Below are positions 26,879 through 42,009 of a stretch of 64,000 bases of DNA, in pieces. The stretch is from the NCBI GenBank assembly GCA_951406725.2, contig OX597823.1, positions 9,486,001-9,550,000 on the forward strand. Reading direction: 5' to 3'. Below the pieces are notes generated by a model. That model saw nothing but the letters and a program-made list of their open reading frames with translations. It was not told the origin of the DNA and did no database searches. The DNA comes from Octopus vulgaris (lineage: Eukaryota). How positions within the stretch are numbered: position 1 is the first letter of the stretch; the number at the start of each line of letters is the position of its first letter. Made by a program: the position numbers and the translations under genes.

Positions 26879-27545
26879 AGAGAGGTATATATGTATGTGT
26901 ACGTATGTAACCAGTTTTCCATTGATTAACCTCATTGAAAGAAAGCCTGCAGGAAATTATATTTCCTGTTTTCTTAGTTCTTCATAAAATAATTAAGAAA
27001 CACGTTGTTATCATGTTAAAGAATTAAAATCGTTTATTTTGTATATTTGTCTTTATTGTAGATAGCGACACCCTGTTTCGGAAATTTCCTTATATCAGCG
27101 TGAAGACAACAATAAATGGGTTCAGATGATATATATATGTATGTATATATATGTATGTTTAAAAAGATTGATGAGTCTTTATTACTTAGTCGATTAGCGC
27201 CTAATAAAATATTTGCATGTAGGAGCATGAAAACATTTGTAAATGTTTTCAAATGTCTTCATTCATTTCATATCTAAGATTATATTTACCTTGAATTTCA
27301 GTTACACAGTCTATCAAACAACCGAATATAAAAACATTTTGAGTGTTTCCAAAGGGCAACTATTTTAATCGACTTCCCGTCGATACGATCTTTCAACAAA
27401 ATACAGTTTGAAATACATTCCGCATTTACTCAGCACTCTCATTCTTTTTCTTCCTTAATCAAATTTTATACGTAAACTCGCTCTACAATTGTTTATTCTC
27501 TATTCTTCTTAAAGGGAAAACGTGTTCTATAAGTCAGTGGTTCAA

Positions 27546-27579
<34 letters not shown>

Positions 27580-27651
27580 ATATATATATATACATATATA
27601 TATATATGTATACATATATATATATACATATATATATATACATATATATAT

Positions 27652-27733
<82 letters not shown>

Positions 27734-29679
27734 ATATATACATATAGATAGATACATATATAGATATATACGTACATATATACATATATGCATACGCACA
27801 CACACACACACACACACAAATATATATATATACATACCTACATACATAAATAAATAAATAATCGTACATAGATCTTTCTGCTTGTGTGCTTGCCTACGCA
27901 TATATGTGTCTGTGTGTATGAGTATGTGTTTCAGATTGTGCATTGTGTCTCTTCCATAAAGCGTACGAATGTGATTCTAATTTCACATTTCTGGTCCCGC
28001 CCCCACCTCCAGGTTATAATATATTTCAACACATATTTATTGCAGAGAGAAATTATGGTCTGATGTTCTGAATCACAGAAAATAATAACATTTTATATAA
28101 ATATTATTGCCTCTTTTCTTTTCTACGTTTATTATTGATATTCAAGACGAAAAAAAATTATTAAAAGGAAACCGTAAATTTTTTTCTTACATAATTGTAT
28201 TTCTCAATTTTTTTAAGAGCAAAATTTCCATTACATGTTTTGATTAAAAATGTCTTTGACATAACCTGAATTCATTTGTCAAATACCAAGAATTACACAA
28301 ACTCATTTATATCATGAATATATCGGGAAAATATTTTTCTATAAGATCTGACATCAGATCTTTAAGATATCGTAGATATATCAACATGGCTCTATATTTA
28401 GGAGCTGGTAGTGAAACAATGATTACTGAATCTATTGATTGTGTTGCATTGTCTGAATATAACATCTACATATGAAGTCAGTATGTGAAAATAATAAAAA
28501 CCGCACCCTTGAAATTCCACAAATATATAAGACAATTATATCAAGACTATTGAAAGGGTCCTTGCTTCCCTTGACTTTCTGTGGAATTTCACCCGTGAAT
28601 TCTTAATTTCTCTCAGCCTGGTACTATACGCTTCATCGGTTCGTCTACTGTCGTAATAGTTCAGCTTACTGACGGAGAGTTTTTTGTTGCTTAGTATATT
28701 AGCCTAGTTAATTGGCCCCTCGTTCAAAAATTCCCGTTTTGCAGACGGAGGTGAAACTGTAAATACCCGACGATCGGCATTGTGCGAATTAATCAATTCG
28801 GAGAAGAGAACTCGCGCGAGAAAGAGAGAATGAGTGAGAGAGAGAGATAGAGAGTAAGGGAGAGAGATGGAGCGGGATGGTGTTAAGGAAAAATAATACT
28901 CTGTTTTTCAATGGAGCCATATTGAACTAAGATGACGAAAACCAAATTAAAAAGGGAGATCATGACCTCAGAACGACAAAACGCCATAGGCATTGCAGCG
29001 AAGCATGTATCCAACGCTCTGACAATTCTAGCAGTCGATTAGACATTGTAAGAGAACCTAGTCAGGAAAGTCCCACAACTCCTTGCGAGAGAGATACTTT
29101 CGCTTTTGTTTGAGCAATTGTTGTGTCTATTTTTTAAATCCGAAATTGTTATGGCAATAGCAAATATTTTGCTAGTGTGTGTGTGTGTATGTGTGTGTAT
29201 GTCCACGTGAGAGCGTACGTGTGTGAATGCAGAGAAGTAACTGAAGTAGATACATGCATTAACAATTTGATATAATTAGGTCACTGAGAAGCTGTCTTCC
29301 TTCATATGTACAGTAATGCAATGTTACGGATCTTGCCCAGCTATATAAGTTCTTGGAGAATAGTTTACAAACACGGCGTATTGTTTCTACTCAACTGCAT
29401 ATACTAAGAATACATACATAAATGCAGGCATACATACATACAAACACGCACATACATACATACATACATACATACATACATAAATATATGCATACATACA
29501 TACAAACGTACACACGTACATACATACATACAAACTTTTGTAAAAGTTTTCAAATGTCTTCATTCATTTCATAGCTCTCTAAGATTATATTTACCTTAAA
29601 TTTCCGTTAAATTTTCCATAAAACCAACGAATATGCACAACTATCAGTTACATTGTTTTGTCACGATATAAAACCCCAA

Positions 29680-30087
29680 CTCTCAATACCACAGGTTTGC
29701 TTGTCAGTTGTTTGACCTTAACTAGTTGAGCATGTCTCTTAGTAGCTGACCATATGTGCATCTCTGATCACGAGCAGAAGTAGTGTGGGGAGCATCATAG
29801 CTATGTGTTGAGAGGAATTCTTTGGGTTTGGGATAATTCCCCTTTAGAAACATGGGTATTTCGTTCAGCATCCTTAAAGAACCCTTATTCAGGGACTACT
29901 CGAGCTAAAGAATATTCTAAGTGGGCCCCACCTGCAAGATCATGCCCTCTTTATCTTGATATGAGATCACCATGTCGTACACATATGGTTGTGATGCATG
30001 TACCTGGTGTGCCCTTATCATACAGGAATTATGATGCGTATACCGGCTTTCGTATAGTTTTACTCCAGTGTCACTGATCTCTCACTC
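29680..30087 (+). mobile_element. AAT-associated non-coding repeat (probable Dong 3'UTR or non-autonomous element)
   Basis: Homologous to 30767-31235 and 43996-44994; ends ctctcactc-(AAT)n. Confidence 0.75.
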
Positions 30088-30106
30088 AATAATAATAATA
30101 ATAATG

Positions 30107-30742
<636 letters not shown>

Positions 30743-30766
30743 TGATAATAATAATAATAATAATAA

Positions 30767-31235
30767 ATGCCCTGATGCAGTACCAGGCAGTGGCTCTCAT
30801 GGCTACTGACCATAACTGATCGGAAGTGTTATCATGTACATTGATTTGTCTTGGTATAAAAAAATGGACTACAGCAAATATCCTGCTCAATACCACAGAT
30901 TTGCTTGTCAGTTGTTTGACCTTAAACAGTTGAGCATGTCCTTTAGTGGCTGACGATATGTGTATCTTTGGTCAAGAGCAGAAGTAGTAGGGGATTATCA
31001 TAACTATGTGTTGAGAGGAATTGTTTGGGGTTTGGATAATTCACCTTTAGAAACATGGGTATTTCGTTCAACATCCAAAATTTTCTTCAGGTTGAGGCTA
31101 CTCGACCTGAAGAAAATTCCAGCTGGGCTCCACCTGCATGGTCACGTGCTGTTTATTTGCTATGAGATAACCATGTCGCGCATGTATGGTTGCGATGCAG
31201 GTGCCTTGTCTATCCTTATCAGACGGTGTATCAGG
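30767..31235 (+). mobile_element. AAT-associated non-coding repeat, copy with longest 5' part
   Basis: Follows (AAT)n; homologous to 29680 and 44248. Confidence 0.75.
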
Positions 31236-32185
31236 TATGCCATATTAGACATCTTTATAAAGGAGAAATGTACTTGATTATTGGACCGAAGTTATCCCCG
31301 ACAAGGCGATATAGTTATGGCTAAAACGCCTCATTTCCTGAAGCTGCTCGATCAAGGATTCCCTAGAGTTGAACAGCGGCGACGACGACGACGACGATGA
31401 CGACAACATAATCTTTGTAACAAGATATAACTAAACTTGTCTACTAGTTATCTCCTTAGATCAATGCATAATTGGAATCAAAATCTCAGCTACATGTGGA
31501 AAATTATATAATTAAATCACAAACCATATCTGACATAAATCTCCGTTTTGTCAGGTCAATTCTTGTTAGCCATTCTTGACAGGTTTTCATCATTTTAAGT
31601 AACAATGTTTGTTTATCATTCGACCATAAATATATCTGCGTCTTCAGTCTAATGAGAAGATCTGTTTGTGAAAAAAGTCTGAGAACATGGTCGTATCTGT
31701 TAACGTGATTTCTATCAATCATCTGAGATTTTATGGTCAGTGCTTTGAGACAACTAAACGAAAAGTATTTCTTCCAACTCTACTGATGAATGAGCTATGT
31801 TTGTGAATTTGAAAACCAGTGAGAGAGAAAGGAGAAAGAAAGACAGGGAGAGAGAGAAAGAGAAAAAAGACAGAGAGAGAGAGAGAAAGAAAGAGAAAGA
31901 GAGACAGAGAGAGAGAAAGAGAAAGAAAGACAGAGACAGAGATGCAAATAGATAAGACAGAGCGAAAGGGAAAGAGAAAAAAGGTACAGTGAGTGGGCAG
32001 GTGATCACAGAGATATAGTTATATTGAGAAAATGATAGAGAGAAAGCGAGAAAATTAGAGGTATAAAACGAAAGAAAATTATAATACATACATATATATA
32101 TATATATATGTATATATAAGTGTATATCTATCTATCTATCTATCTATATATATACATATATAGATAGATAGATACATACATATAC

Positions 32186-32292
<107 letters not shown>

Positions 32293-32881
32293 CATATATA
32301 TATATATATATGTAACGGAAAGGAAGATGAAAGAAAAGAAGATACCGTTTTGGTTGAATAATTCAATACACTAGCTTCAAAAGACTGATTGATTAAGTAA
32401 TTAATGTTGACAAAGTAAGAGATACGTTTTCGATTTAATTTTAGATTTTTATTAGCAGCCATTTTTGTTGAAAGCCGCCACGAAAATTATAACGTTGATG
32501 CCACAGCTTATTACAGAAATATTTACTTGCATTTGTCTAAAAGAATTGCTGTTAAATTTGTGAGTTTCTTTATCAAGTGATGTGAATAATAAACTGTAAT
32601 CTGCTATTCATAGATATTTTCTCTGGTAGCAATATTTGAAAACAGAGCTGAATTCGGAAATCATGTTTCAGTGAGCTTACACTCTTGATGTTTGAATACA
32701 TTAATATATTAGCATGCATCTGAATTTCTCTCTCAATCCCAATTTAGTAAAGCCAGCAACTTGTTTGTTCTTCCCGTCGTTATCCTTGTTTTTGTTGCTA
32801 GTGTTGTTGTCCATGGAGATAAAGATGATTATTATAATGATGATGATGATAATGATGATATTGTTTAGTCCGTGGTACTTT

Positions 32882-33080
32882 GGCGAGCTGGCAGAACCGT
32901 TAGCACGCCGGGCGAAATCTGTAGCCGTATTTCGTCTGCAGCTACGTTCTGAGTTCAAATTCCGCCGAGGTCGACTTTGCCTTTCATCCTTTCGGGGTCG
33001 ATGTAATTGACTTAATCCGTTGTCTGTCCTTGTTTGTTCTCTCTATGTTTAGCCCCCTGTGGGCAATAAAGAAATAGGTA
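32882..33080 (+). mobile_element. SINE family B
   Basis: Matches 10095 with an internal deletion; TSD ggtacttt. Confidence 0.9.
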
Positions 33081-34509
33081 CTTTTAATGGACCGACCTGT
33101 GATGAAAGACATTCCCTTCTTTATAATCCCCTCTTTTTGCATATCAAGTAATACATTCTACAACTTACAAATTTTTCTCAAAATGGATTCACCTGTTTCA
33201 CTCGTAATGTCCATTAAATTCATACCTTTATTTTTAAAAAAATAATATCAGGAAAGATATCAGGTTGTCAGTCGAAGTAGATATAATTGTTATTTCCATC
33301 AACTCTTACAATTGCGTAGATCTGCATCTTATTTAAACGAGTTGTCACTGCAAAAAATATCCGGTAAGATTTCTATGAGCTTTTCGTACTGGAAAACAAA
33401 TATAATAAAGCTTCTATACTATCCAGCTCCATATAACTTCACAATGGCTATGCGGCATATTCAAAAATGTATAGATTAAGCAACTGAAAGTGAAATCCTG
33501 TCACTTGGTTCTATTTCAATTAGTGTTTTTTTTTTATTGCATACAGTTGTGTATTCATCCCATGGTGTCTTTCTGTGTGACAATAAAAAAGTCCCTATTG
33601 ATTTCATTTATACGTAAACAGAGTCAACGATTAAACCTACAGGCTGTCATTTAACTGACATATACTAGCGAGAAAATTTCAACTAGCCTACGCGATGTTC
33701 GTCGAAAATGTGAATGACACAATGCACAATATATTTCCTGATGCATAAAAATATCTGATCGTCGCGTCTATTAATCATAAGACTAGTCAGTATGGACATA
33801 CATGGGTTAAACACGACAGCTATAACATAAGTGAAGAGTGCATCATGGTGATCTGTAACATTTGAGAATGACACGCGAATCATTAATCAAAATTACAACA
33901 TGTCTAGTAGACAAACACTGCAGAAGTAGAAAATAATGGAAAGATACGTAGAAGCAAAAACATCGACCTATTCCCAGACTTACAAGTTGAAGCGACGAAA
34001 AGATAAAGGAAGGAAAATGAATGAGTATATACGTGGAGTGGGTGAAGCAGAAAATCAGTTAAAATACTCAGATAAAACTTTGACCGTGAGGCAGTTATAT
34101 GACTTGAAAATTGGCGAATGTAGATAATTGTTGCTTTGCTACTATTTCAAATGAGATTCTAATGTCGGACTTATCTGCCAATTAAGGCTTAGCCATGTAA
34201 GTACACACATCCACCCCCAAACAAGTCCACACACAAATTGCTTTAGTAGAAAATCGAACTAATTAAAAGTCATTAATATTATTCAGTTATAAGGGACATA
34301 AACACCAAACACAAGACTGAACTCTGAGAATTCTGAACATTTGTCCTGTACTCTATTATTTTGTTGTTTAAAAAAAGTGTCCAGTTCCTTAGGTTTGTGT
34401 CTATGTTTTCGTTTCTCATTGTGTTCGACGTTGTTTTGGTGTCCTGTACTCATATATGCGTGTATATATACATGTAGAGGTAGGTACGTACATATATGTA
34501 TATATATGC

Positions 34510-34549
<40 letters not shown>

Positions 34550-34903
34550 ATACAATATTTAATTATATTTATGCATATATATCTATGTTAAATGTATAAA
34601 TATGTGTATATAAATAATGTATATATGTAAATATGTCGCAAGCAGCGACTAAACTGGAATTCCTACCAAGCGTACTTGGTAAGAGTCATCCTGTAGGATG
34701 CAAACAACCTGTCAAATGACGGATGAACTCAGAGTCAACGGATTATCCAACGGCTGAAAGTGAAACTCTTTGTGCTTCTAGACATGATTCCAGAATGAAA
34801 TTACGAAGAAATCACATCCGCTTTATGCGAAACCGGAGATCTTGCTCTTGCTTATTTCTGCAGTACTCGGCATTGTAGATGAGACTCTTAGCGGTGTTGT
34901 CCA

Positions 34904-34934
34904 AACGTTTCGAGCGGAGCCCTTCGTCAGAAAT
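34904..34934 (-). ncRNA. Minimal hammerhead, intact core, truncated at the cleavage site
   Basis: Minus strand attt-CTGACGA-a-gggc-tcc-gctc-GAAAC-GTT, then unrelated sequence. Confidence 0.7.
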
Positions 34935-35017
34935 ATAGTAAAAGGAAAGATCCAAAGAAGTGAAGACGGAGGGGAAAACATCATCAACGGTAGACACGCG
35001 GTCACATTTTGAACGTA

Positions 35018-35077
<60 letters not shown>

Positions 35078-35206
35078 ATTATAATTTAGGGTATCTAAGA
35101 GATACCACCACGCTGGAAATAGCAGTATTTAAATATCGATCTTCTCATATATATATATACATACATACATATATGTGTTTGAGTGTGTGTGTGGGTGTCT
35201 TTGTGT

Positions 35207-35273
<67 letters not shown>

Positions 35274-35571
35274 CGTGCGTGTGTGGGCTTGATTTCGTAA
35301 AATATTCTTGTAATCATTTTAAAAGTACGATATTCTGAACTGAAAACTGTGTGTATTGAAATATTAGAAAGATAAATTTCGACGTGCATCTGAAAGCAAA
35401 ACACAAACGCTGGCAGCTCGCAATAACTGTTTGTAACAAAGTAATCTAACGACCGTATAATAGAACGTTTCAATATTAGGACAATATGAAGTATATGTGA
35501 AAATCGTAGTAGATAGACCAAGTAATCTTTTCTACTATAGTTATTAGGCCTAGATTTTGTAGGTAGGGGGA

Positions 35572-35672
35572 CAGTCGATCTCATCAACCCTAGTTCTCAA
35601 CTGGTTCTTGATTTATCGACCCCGGGAGGATGAAAGGCAGAGTTGTCCTCGGCAGAATTTGAACCAGAACTT
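35572..35672 (-). mobile_element. Partial SINE family B body
   Basis: tttatcgaccccgggaggatgaaaggc..ctcggcagaatttgaac. Confidence 0.7.
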
Positions 35673-36343
35673 AAAGAAGGGTGAAAGACCAGATAAACCA
35701 AATAATGTCAGATTTGTGTAATGAATTTGTCTAGCTGGCTTGAATATGTTAGAGGGAAATAACTCAAAGTATAATATTTGAAATACATAAGAAATCCAGA
35801 CCTCAATTAGCACCAAACATTATTGACATAAAGTCTCTCATTTGTGTCACACTAAACAGACGAGACAGAAACGTAATATAAATATTCAACAACTAAACTG
35901 GATGCTTGTGTCTGAAAAGCAAGATAGCGTACTATTACTTTACAAATAATGGCAATCAGAACAGTTCAATCAATCTATTAAGGACTGCATAAATAATATT
36001 CACTCGAAATAATGGCACTTATATATTCTCAAAATCTGCACATAAAAGAGAATTGTGGAGAAGAGAATTTCTTCATGTTTGCAATGACAAAAAGGAAGGA
36101 AGGAAAGCTAAATGTTTTCCATCCTCTATATTACACGACTGGAGTAAGATATAATAATAAATATATAATAACAGATGGAAAAATTCTAATTCGAAGAATC
36201 CTCGAAAATAAAAAAAAATACATGATTCTAATTATAATCCACACCGAATTGACCATTCTGAAGACAAATGAATAAACTTAGGTGCAAAAAGAAACAGTGC
36301 CACATCTTATTCCATGGCTTTTTACGCAAATAAGGAATAAATA

Positions 36344-36869
36344 CCGTAAATCCTCGAGTATAATCCACATTTTTTCCCCAAAATTTAAAGGTCAAAATCC
36401 CTAATGCGTACTATATACGAGGTTAAAAATGAAAAATATTTTCTAAGCAATGTCCGAGTCTTTATTTGCTGTCTGGCAATGTTTATTCAGACGCATTTTG
36501 CGATGTCGGGCGTGAAAATACCTTAAGCTAAGCCTCAAAGCAATGAAGTCATAAAAGAATCGTCCATAACTTGCAGTAAGCAACTTTTATTAAACGTTAT
36601 TACTATTATTACTGTTATTTCTTTATTTTCTGCAAACAAAATGCATAAAAAAGCTACACGTTTGCATTATGTTATATATACAATAATAATAAAGGACGTT
36701 ACCGTACACATTTTTCAAACCAAGAACTTTATGAAGACCTCCTTGACTCATGTTAGAGAAGGGGTGCGTATTATGCACAAGGTTTTGGTTTTGGTTTTTC
36801 AGAGGTACAGCCCTCTAAAAATTCCCTGCGTATTATACCCAAGGGCGGACTATACTCGAGGATTTGCGA
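36344..36869. mobile_element. MITE, Tc1/pogo superfamily type
   Basis: TIR ccgtaaatcctcgagtataatcc / ggactatactcgaggatttgcga flanked by TA. Confidence 0.8.
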
Positions 36870-37450
36870 TAATATATATTTATGGCTCAGGAATGTTGCT
36901 GCTCAAAAAGACACTGGTATTTCACAGTACGAAGAAACAGGCGTAAGATGAGTGCTGAATGATTAAGTGGATATTACGAGAAAGATACATAGTGGCTAGA
37001 TACTTTACATAGGACCGAAATCTCTGAATCTCAGATTTATTAAGATTTTCAACAAAGAAGCCAAATAACAGCAATGGAAATATTCAGAGAAAAGTAAAAT
37101 TTGCAGCGGCTGAATAAAGTACAAGATACCTCGGACGTAGTTTACACACTCACACACACACGCACACACACACACACACACATACACATACATACACATA
37201 TGCTTGCATTTACTTGCATATATATATATATGTGCGTGTGTGTGTGTGTTTGCTTTATTACTAATACAATTGTTTTGTAACCTACAAAATCGTATATAAT
37301 TGCACGAGACATTATGAACGAAGCCATGTTAATTCAGACGATCGATTCTGCAAATTCTATTTGTGTTCAAAATAAAAATTTTCATTAAAATTTTACATAG
37401 TTCATTTCCTGAGATAAGCTGTTTTTGTAGTCAAAGACACATGCAGACAC

Positions 37451-37495
<45 letters not shown>

Positions 37496-37717
37496 CAGAC
37501 GCATACGCACACTCGCGTCCATACACAAGAACATCGATACACTTATACGTAGCTCTCACTTCGGCGACGTGAAGATATCGGCATCTAACCAGCAGGTATG
37601 TTGTGCGTTGCGGCTGTGCGACGCATTGACATCTACAGGTTTCAGTCTTTATCGCAGCAACGAAGCACACTCTCGTGGAGTACTTCATATATATACACGT
37701 ATACCTACACATATATT

Positions 37718-38341
37718 CTTTTATTCTTTTATTCTTTTAATTGTTTCAGTCATTTTGACTGAGGCCATGCTGGGGCGCCGCTTTAATCGAACAAATTGAC
37801 CCCAGGACTTATTCTTATTACTTATTTCTTTACTGCTTACCAGGGGCTACACACAGAGGTGACAAAGAAGGACAGACAAATGGATTAAGTCGATTATATC
37901 GACCCCAGTGCGTGACTGGTACTTATTTAATCGACCCCGAAAGGATGAAAGGCAAAGTCGACTCGGCGGAATTTGAACTTAGAGCGTAACTGCAGACGAA
38001 ATACCTATTTCTTTACTACCCACAAATGGCTAAGCACAGAGGAGACAAACAAGGACAGACAGACGGATTAAGTCGATTATATCGACCCCAGTGCGTAACT
38101 ATTACTTAATTTATCGACTCCGAAAGGATGAAAGGTAAAGTCGACCTCGGATAATTTGAACTCAGAACGTAGCGGCAGACGAAATACCGATAAGATTTTC
38201 ACCCGACGTGCTAACGTTTCTACCAGCTCGGACTTATTCTTTGTATTCTTATTCTGCCAGGACTTCTTTGTAAGCCTGGTACTTATTCTATCGTCTCTTT
38301 TGCCGAACCGCTAAGTTACAGGGGCGTAAACACACCAACAT
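37718..38341 (-). mobile_element. SINE family C 3' part, interrupted by a family B dimer
   Basis: Tail 37718-37816 resumes at ~38233. Confidence 0.8.
37818..38231 (-). mobile_element. SINE family B dimer
   Basis: Same junction as the 12001 dimer; TSD ggacttattctt. Confidence 0.88.
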
Positions 38342-38344
38342 ATT

Positions 38345-39018
38345 CGAGGGGAAATCAAAAATTATCCGCACACTCGCCATAGTATATCTTTATTATTGTT
38401 GCAGTTCACACTAAGCAAGCGTGCTTATAGTTGGTACTATTGTGGTCACGTGATCGAAGTTTGAGCCCGATCACAGCACTTTTCTTTCTGCCGTTGCAGT
38501 GTAAGCTTGACCGCTCGACTAGCAATGTGCACCAAAGGAACACAAGGAGCAGTGATCCGAAAGATGGTAATTGTGAACCGGTAATGGTGAACCGGTTGCC
38601 CATTAGCATCTCTCGAGCTTGATGAATCTTCTCGTCAGTGGTAGAGGTTACCGGGCGTTCTAATCTCGGTTTCTGCGTCACGCATGTCCGGCCACTTTTA
38701 AACTTTTTGATACATTCACGAACACTTCTACACGGTAGTGCACTGTCCCTATATTGTGCTAAAGGCCTCCGATGAATTTCGGCACCTGGCACAACTTCAG
38801 ACCAGAGAAATCGGATCACTGTTCTTTTTTTATGCACATTGCTAATGGACCGGCCATGCTTACACTGTAAAGCCAGAAAGATAAATGGTGCGATCAAGCT
38901 CAAACCTCCGCCCCAAGACCACAACAGTACCGACTATAAGCACGTATGGGCAGAAGTCAATGCAAAAATAATAAAGTCATGTTACGGTGAATGTGTGGAT
39001 AATTTTGACTTCCCCTCG
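38345..39018 (-). mobile_element. Mariner-derived MITE with N-terminal HTH remnant
   Basis: TIR cgaggggaaatcaaaaattatcc / ggataattttgacttcccctcg; RTVIRFLWSE..AEIHRR..KKFKSGR..RPVTSTT. Confidence 0.88.
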
Positions 39019-40974
39019 TATATGTACGCATATATATACACACATACACACATACACACATATATGCACACAACACACACACACACATATGGTTGTCTCT
39101 GTGTATGTGCTTGTACCTTTATCAGTGTGTGTCTATATGTATATGGTGAGAGACAAATAGATGTATATCAACTACCATAGATCACTAATTCTTGATTTTT
39201 AAAATGTTAACCCCGTCTCTAGGGGATGTATCATAATTACCATATGCTAATTAAGATAATCTCGACGCCCCCTCAATTTAGGGCAACTGAAAATCCGATA
39301 TCTGGTTTCAACCCAGACATAATCATGACTAGAAGCTTCTGTTTCTTACTACCTGTCAGACAAATTCAGTAGGATGTCGAGAGTGCTATCGTACAAATAG
39401 GTAAGTAAGAGTGGTTTCTACAGCATCAGTATCATTGTGAATTTTCTTGCTTAGACTCTGCTTGCAGGCACAAAGTATGCTCAGAGGCGGTGTAAAATGT
39501 AAACGATGGGAGGTCGACGGAAAATATTTTTGAAACATATATTAGTTGGCAATGTGTATGATATCCAAAGGTAAAGTGAAAATATTTCAACACTAGAGAT
39601 GTACATTCGAAAATTGTATGAAAGTTGATAATTGTGCAATAGAAAAAAAAGGGAATTTCATATCTTACATAAAATCGTCTTCAGTTAAGACATCAAAATT
39701 CCCTTTTATCTACTCATTAAATATGACATTAAATTTAGGAGATAATCCTTTTTTAATGAAAGGAACTGTCATCAACCATTACTATATAATTCATTATAAT
39801 TTATATGAAGTATCCCTTTCATCACAAGCTCTTTGTAATATCTACTGAAAATAGAGAGAAATTAAATGAAATCTGTACATTGCTCTTTAGAGACAGTTTT
39901 ACAATATTCTCTCTATTTAATTCTACTTCTCACTTCAATATTAAATTACCAAAAACCTGTTCATCCTAAACCTTGCCTTGTGCAATATTAACGTTCAGGC
40001 TATGTCGTTAAAAGCCAGATTTCAGAATACTTTTCTTTTCTATTATACTCATTGTAATCTTTGGTCACTTTGATAGAAATATCAGTCAAATTCCTCTGAA
40101 TCACACCTACCGATTATAAAAGAATGAAGGCTCATTTGTCAATGTGATCCTTGACATACGAAAATAAGGGATGTTTAAGTTCGGAACTCCTTTGATTATA
40201 AATTTGGTCAGTTAAGGCTGAAGTAAGACTTATTTGATCACACTCTTACACTATCACAACCATTTAATTTTTTAAATAACCATATATATTCTATTCAATA
40301 TCTTCAGTTTTAAAAAGTAGTTACGGCACAAATCTAGAGAAACAAAACAGAATTGGTACCTTTAAAATGTATGAAAACACTGGCCTAAGCTGAATCAATA
40401 CGTACTCTTGCATAACGAGAAACGTCTATGACAGCAACGCATTGGTAGAAGAGTTACGTCTCAGATAGAATATAGACGATTTTAAACCTTACTGTCTTTT
40501 ACATTGCGTTTGAATACTTCTAGGTTAAATTTAGGATTTATCTTTCTAGATCAGTAAATAATCATTCAAATACTTTTGTGAATTTTTATATTCTTATTTC
40601 AAGTCAATATACACTATTAATGTAAGTATTCTTCGTTTGTTTTCCTTTGGTGCTGTGTAGGCCAGGGTCGAAACTGACTGACAAGAATCATATGCAACTG
40701 CGTGGGTTTCAGTCATGAAAAATGCCTACTTTTTGACTGCATGTGACTGCACTCTGCAATATATAATTCAGACGGCTAAGTAGGATTCGATAGATATTTT
40801 CAGCAGCTATAAATCACATAAGGTCATCTACATACAAGAAAAGGCGCAATAGATAATCTAGTCTTACTTAAATCCCCCGCATTACAACGAAAATTACGTC
40901 GAGAATTCGTTTGGTTATAGGTTTCCTCAATGGCAGCTGACACAAATGTGAGTACCAGCGCCAATACCACTTCT

Positions 40975-41041
40975 CCTCTTCCTCATCGTCCTCCTCCTCG
41001 TCCTCCTCGTCCTCCTCCTCCTCCTCCTCCTCCTCCTCCTC

Positions 41042-41105
<64 letters not shown>

Positions 41106-41106
41106 A
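40975..41106. repeat. (CCT)n(ACT)n compound microsatellite
   Basis: Seen directly. Confidence 0.9.
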
Positions 41107-41457
41107 ATAAAAAGACCACATCACCACCAACACCAACATCAACGTAACAAACCTTCAATGTATCAGGCGATTGGTTATCATTTATTCCAGGTGGAAATGC
41201 CTGTTCTGTGAATATGACGTGTCTTCTGATCTGATTCATAGATACACTATAATGACAGTCTAACTTCTAGAAAAGAGTCATTTGAAACAGTAAACATGTA
41301 CTACTTCAAAATTGTGTCTGATTTCTGTATAAAGTCTATAATTTACAAGTTGTTTTGAGCCCAAAATTGAAAGACGATGTAAAATATTTTCTATATAATA
41401 TAAATATATACACATATATGTGTGTGTGTGTGTGTCTGTGTGTGTGTGTATATATAC

Positions 41458-41509
<52 letters not shown>

Positions 41510-41772
41510 TTAGAGATAAAAACATTATTAGGCAAATAAAACAGTGAAAAACATAAGCCAATGCATAAAATTAATTTTAAAATATAAAATTTTAAAATAA
41601 TTAAAATAATTTTAAATTTTTAAATTTTTATCTCTAATTTAATATAATATAATATAAAATTGGATTTAATCCTAAATCTAATTTTTCCCTGTAAGTTTGG
41701 ATTTATTCCATAATATTATTATTATTATATATACATATATATATATATATACATATATATATACATATATAT

Positions 41773-41863
<91 letters not shown>

Positions 41864-41865
41864 TA

Positions 41866-41921
41866 TGATTTTGATTTTTCCAGTTTCAGCTAATGAGCTG
41901 TGGCCATGCTGGGGCATCGCC

Positions 41922-41924
<3 letters not shown>
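41866..41924 (-). mobile_element. 3' tail of SINE family C
   Basis: gtttcagctaatgagctgtggccatgctggggcatcgcc. Confidence 0.6.
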
Positions 41925-41952
<28 letters not shown>

Positions 41953-41955
41953 GGT

Positions 41956-42009
<54 letters not shown>

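Noticed and set aside
40930-41211. Pro/Thr-rich 93-aa ORF resembling a mucin or extensin
   Set aside because: Generated by the (CCT)n(ACT)n microsatellite; no signal peptide or splice support
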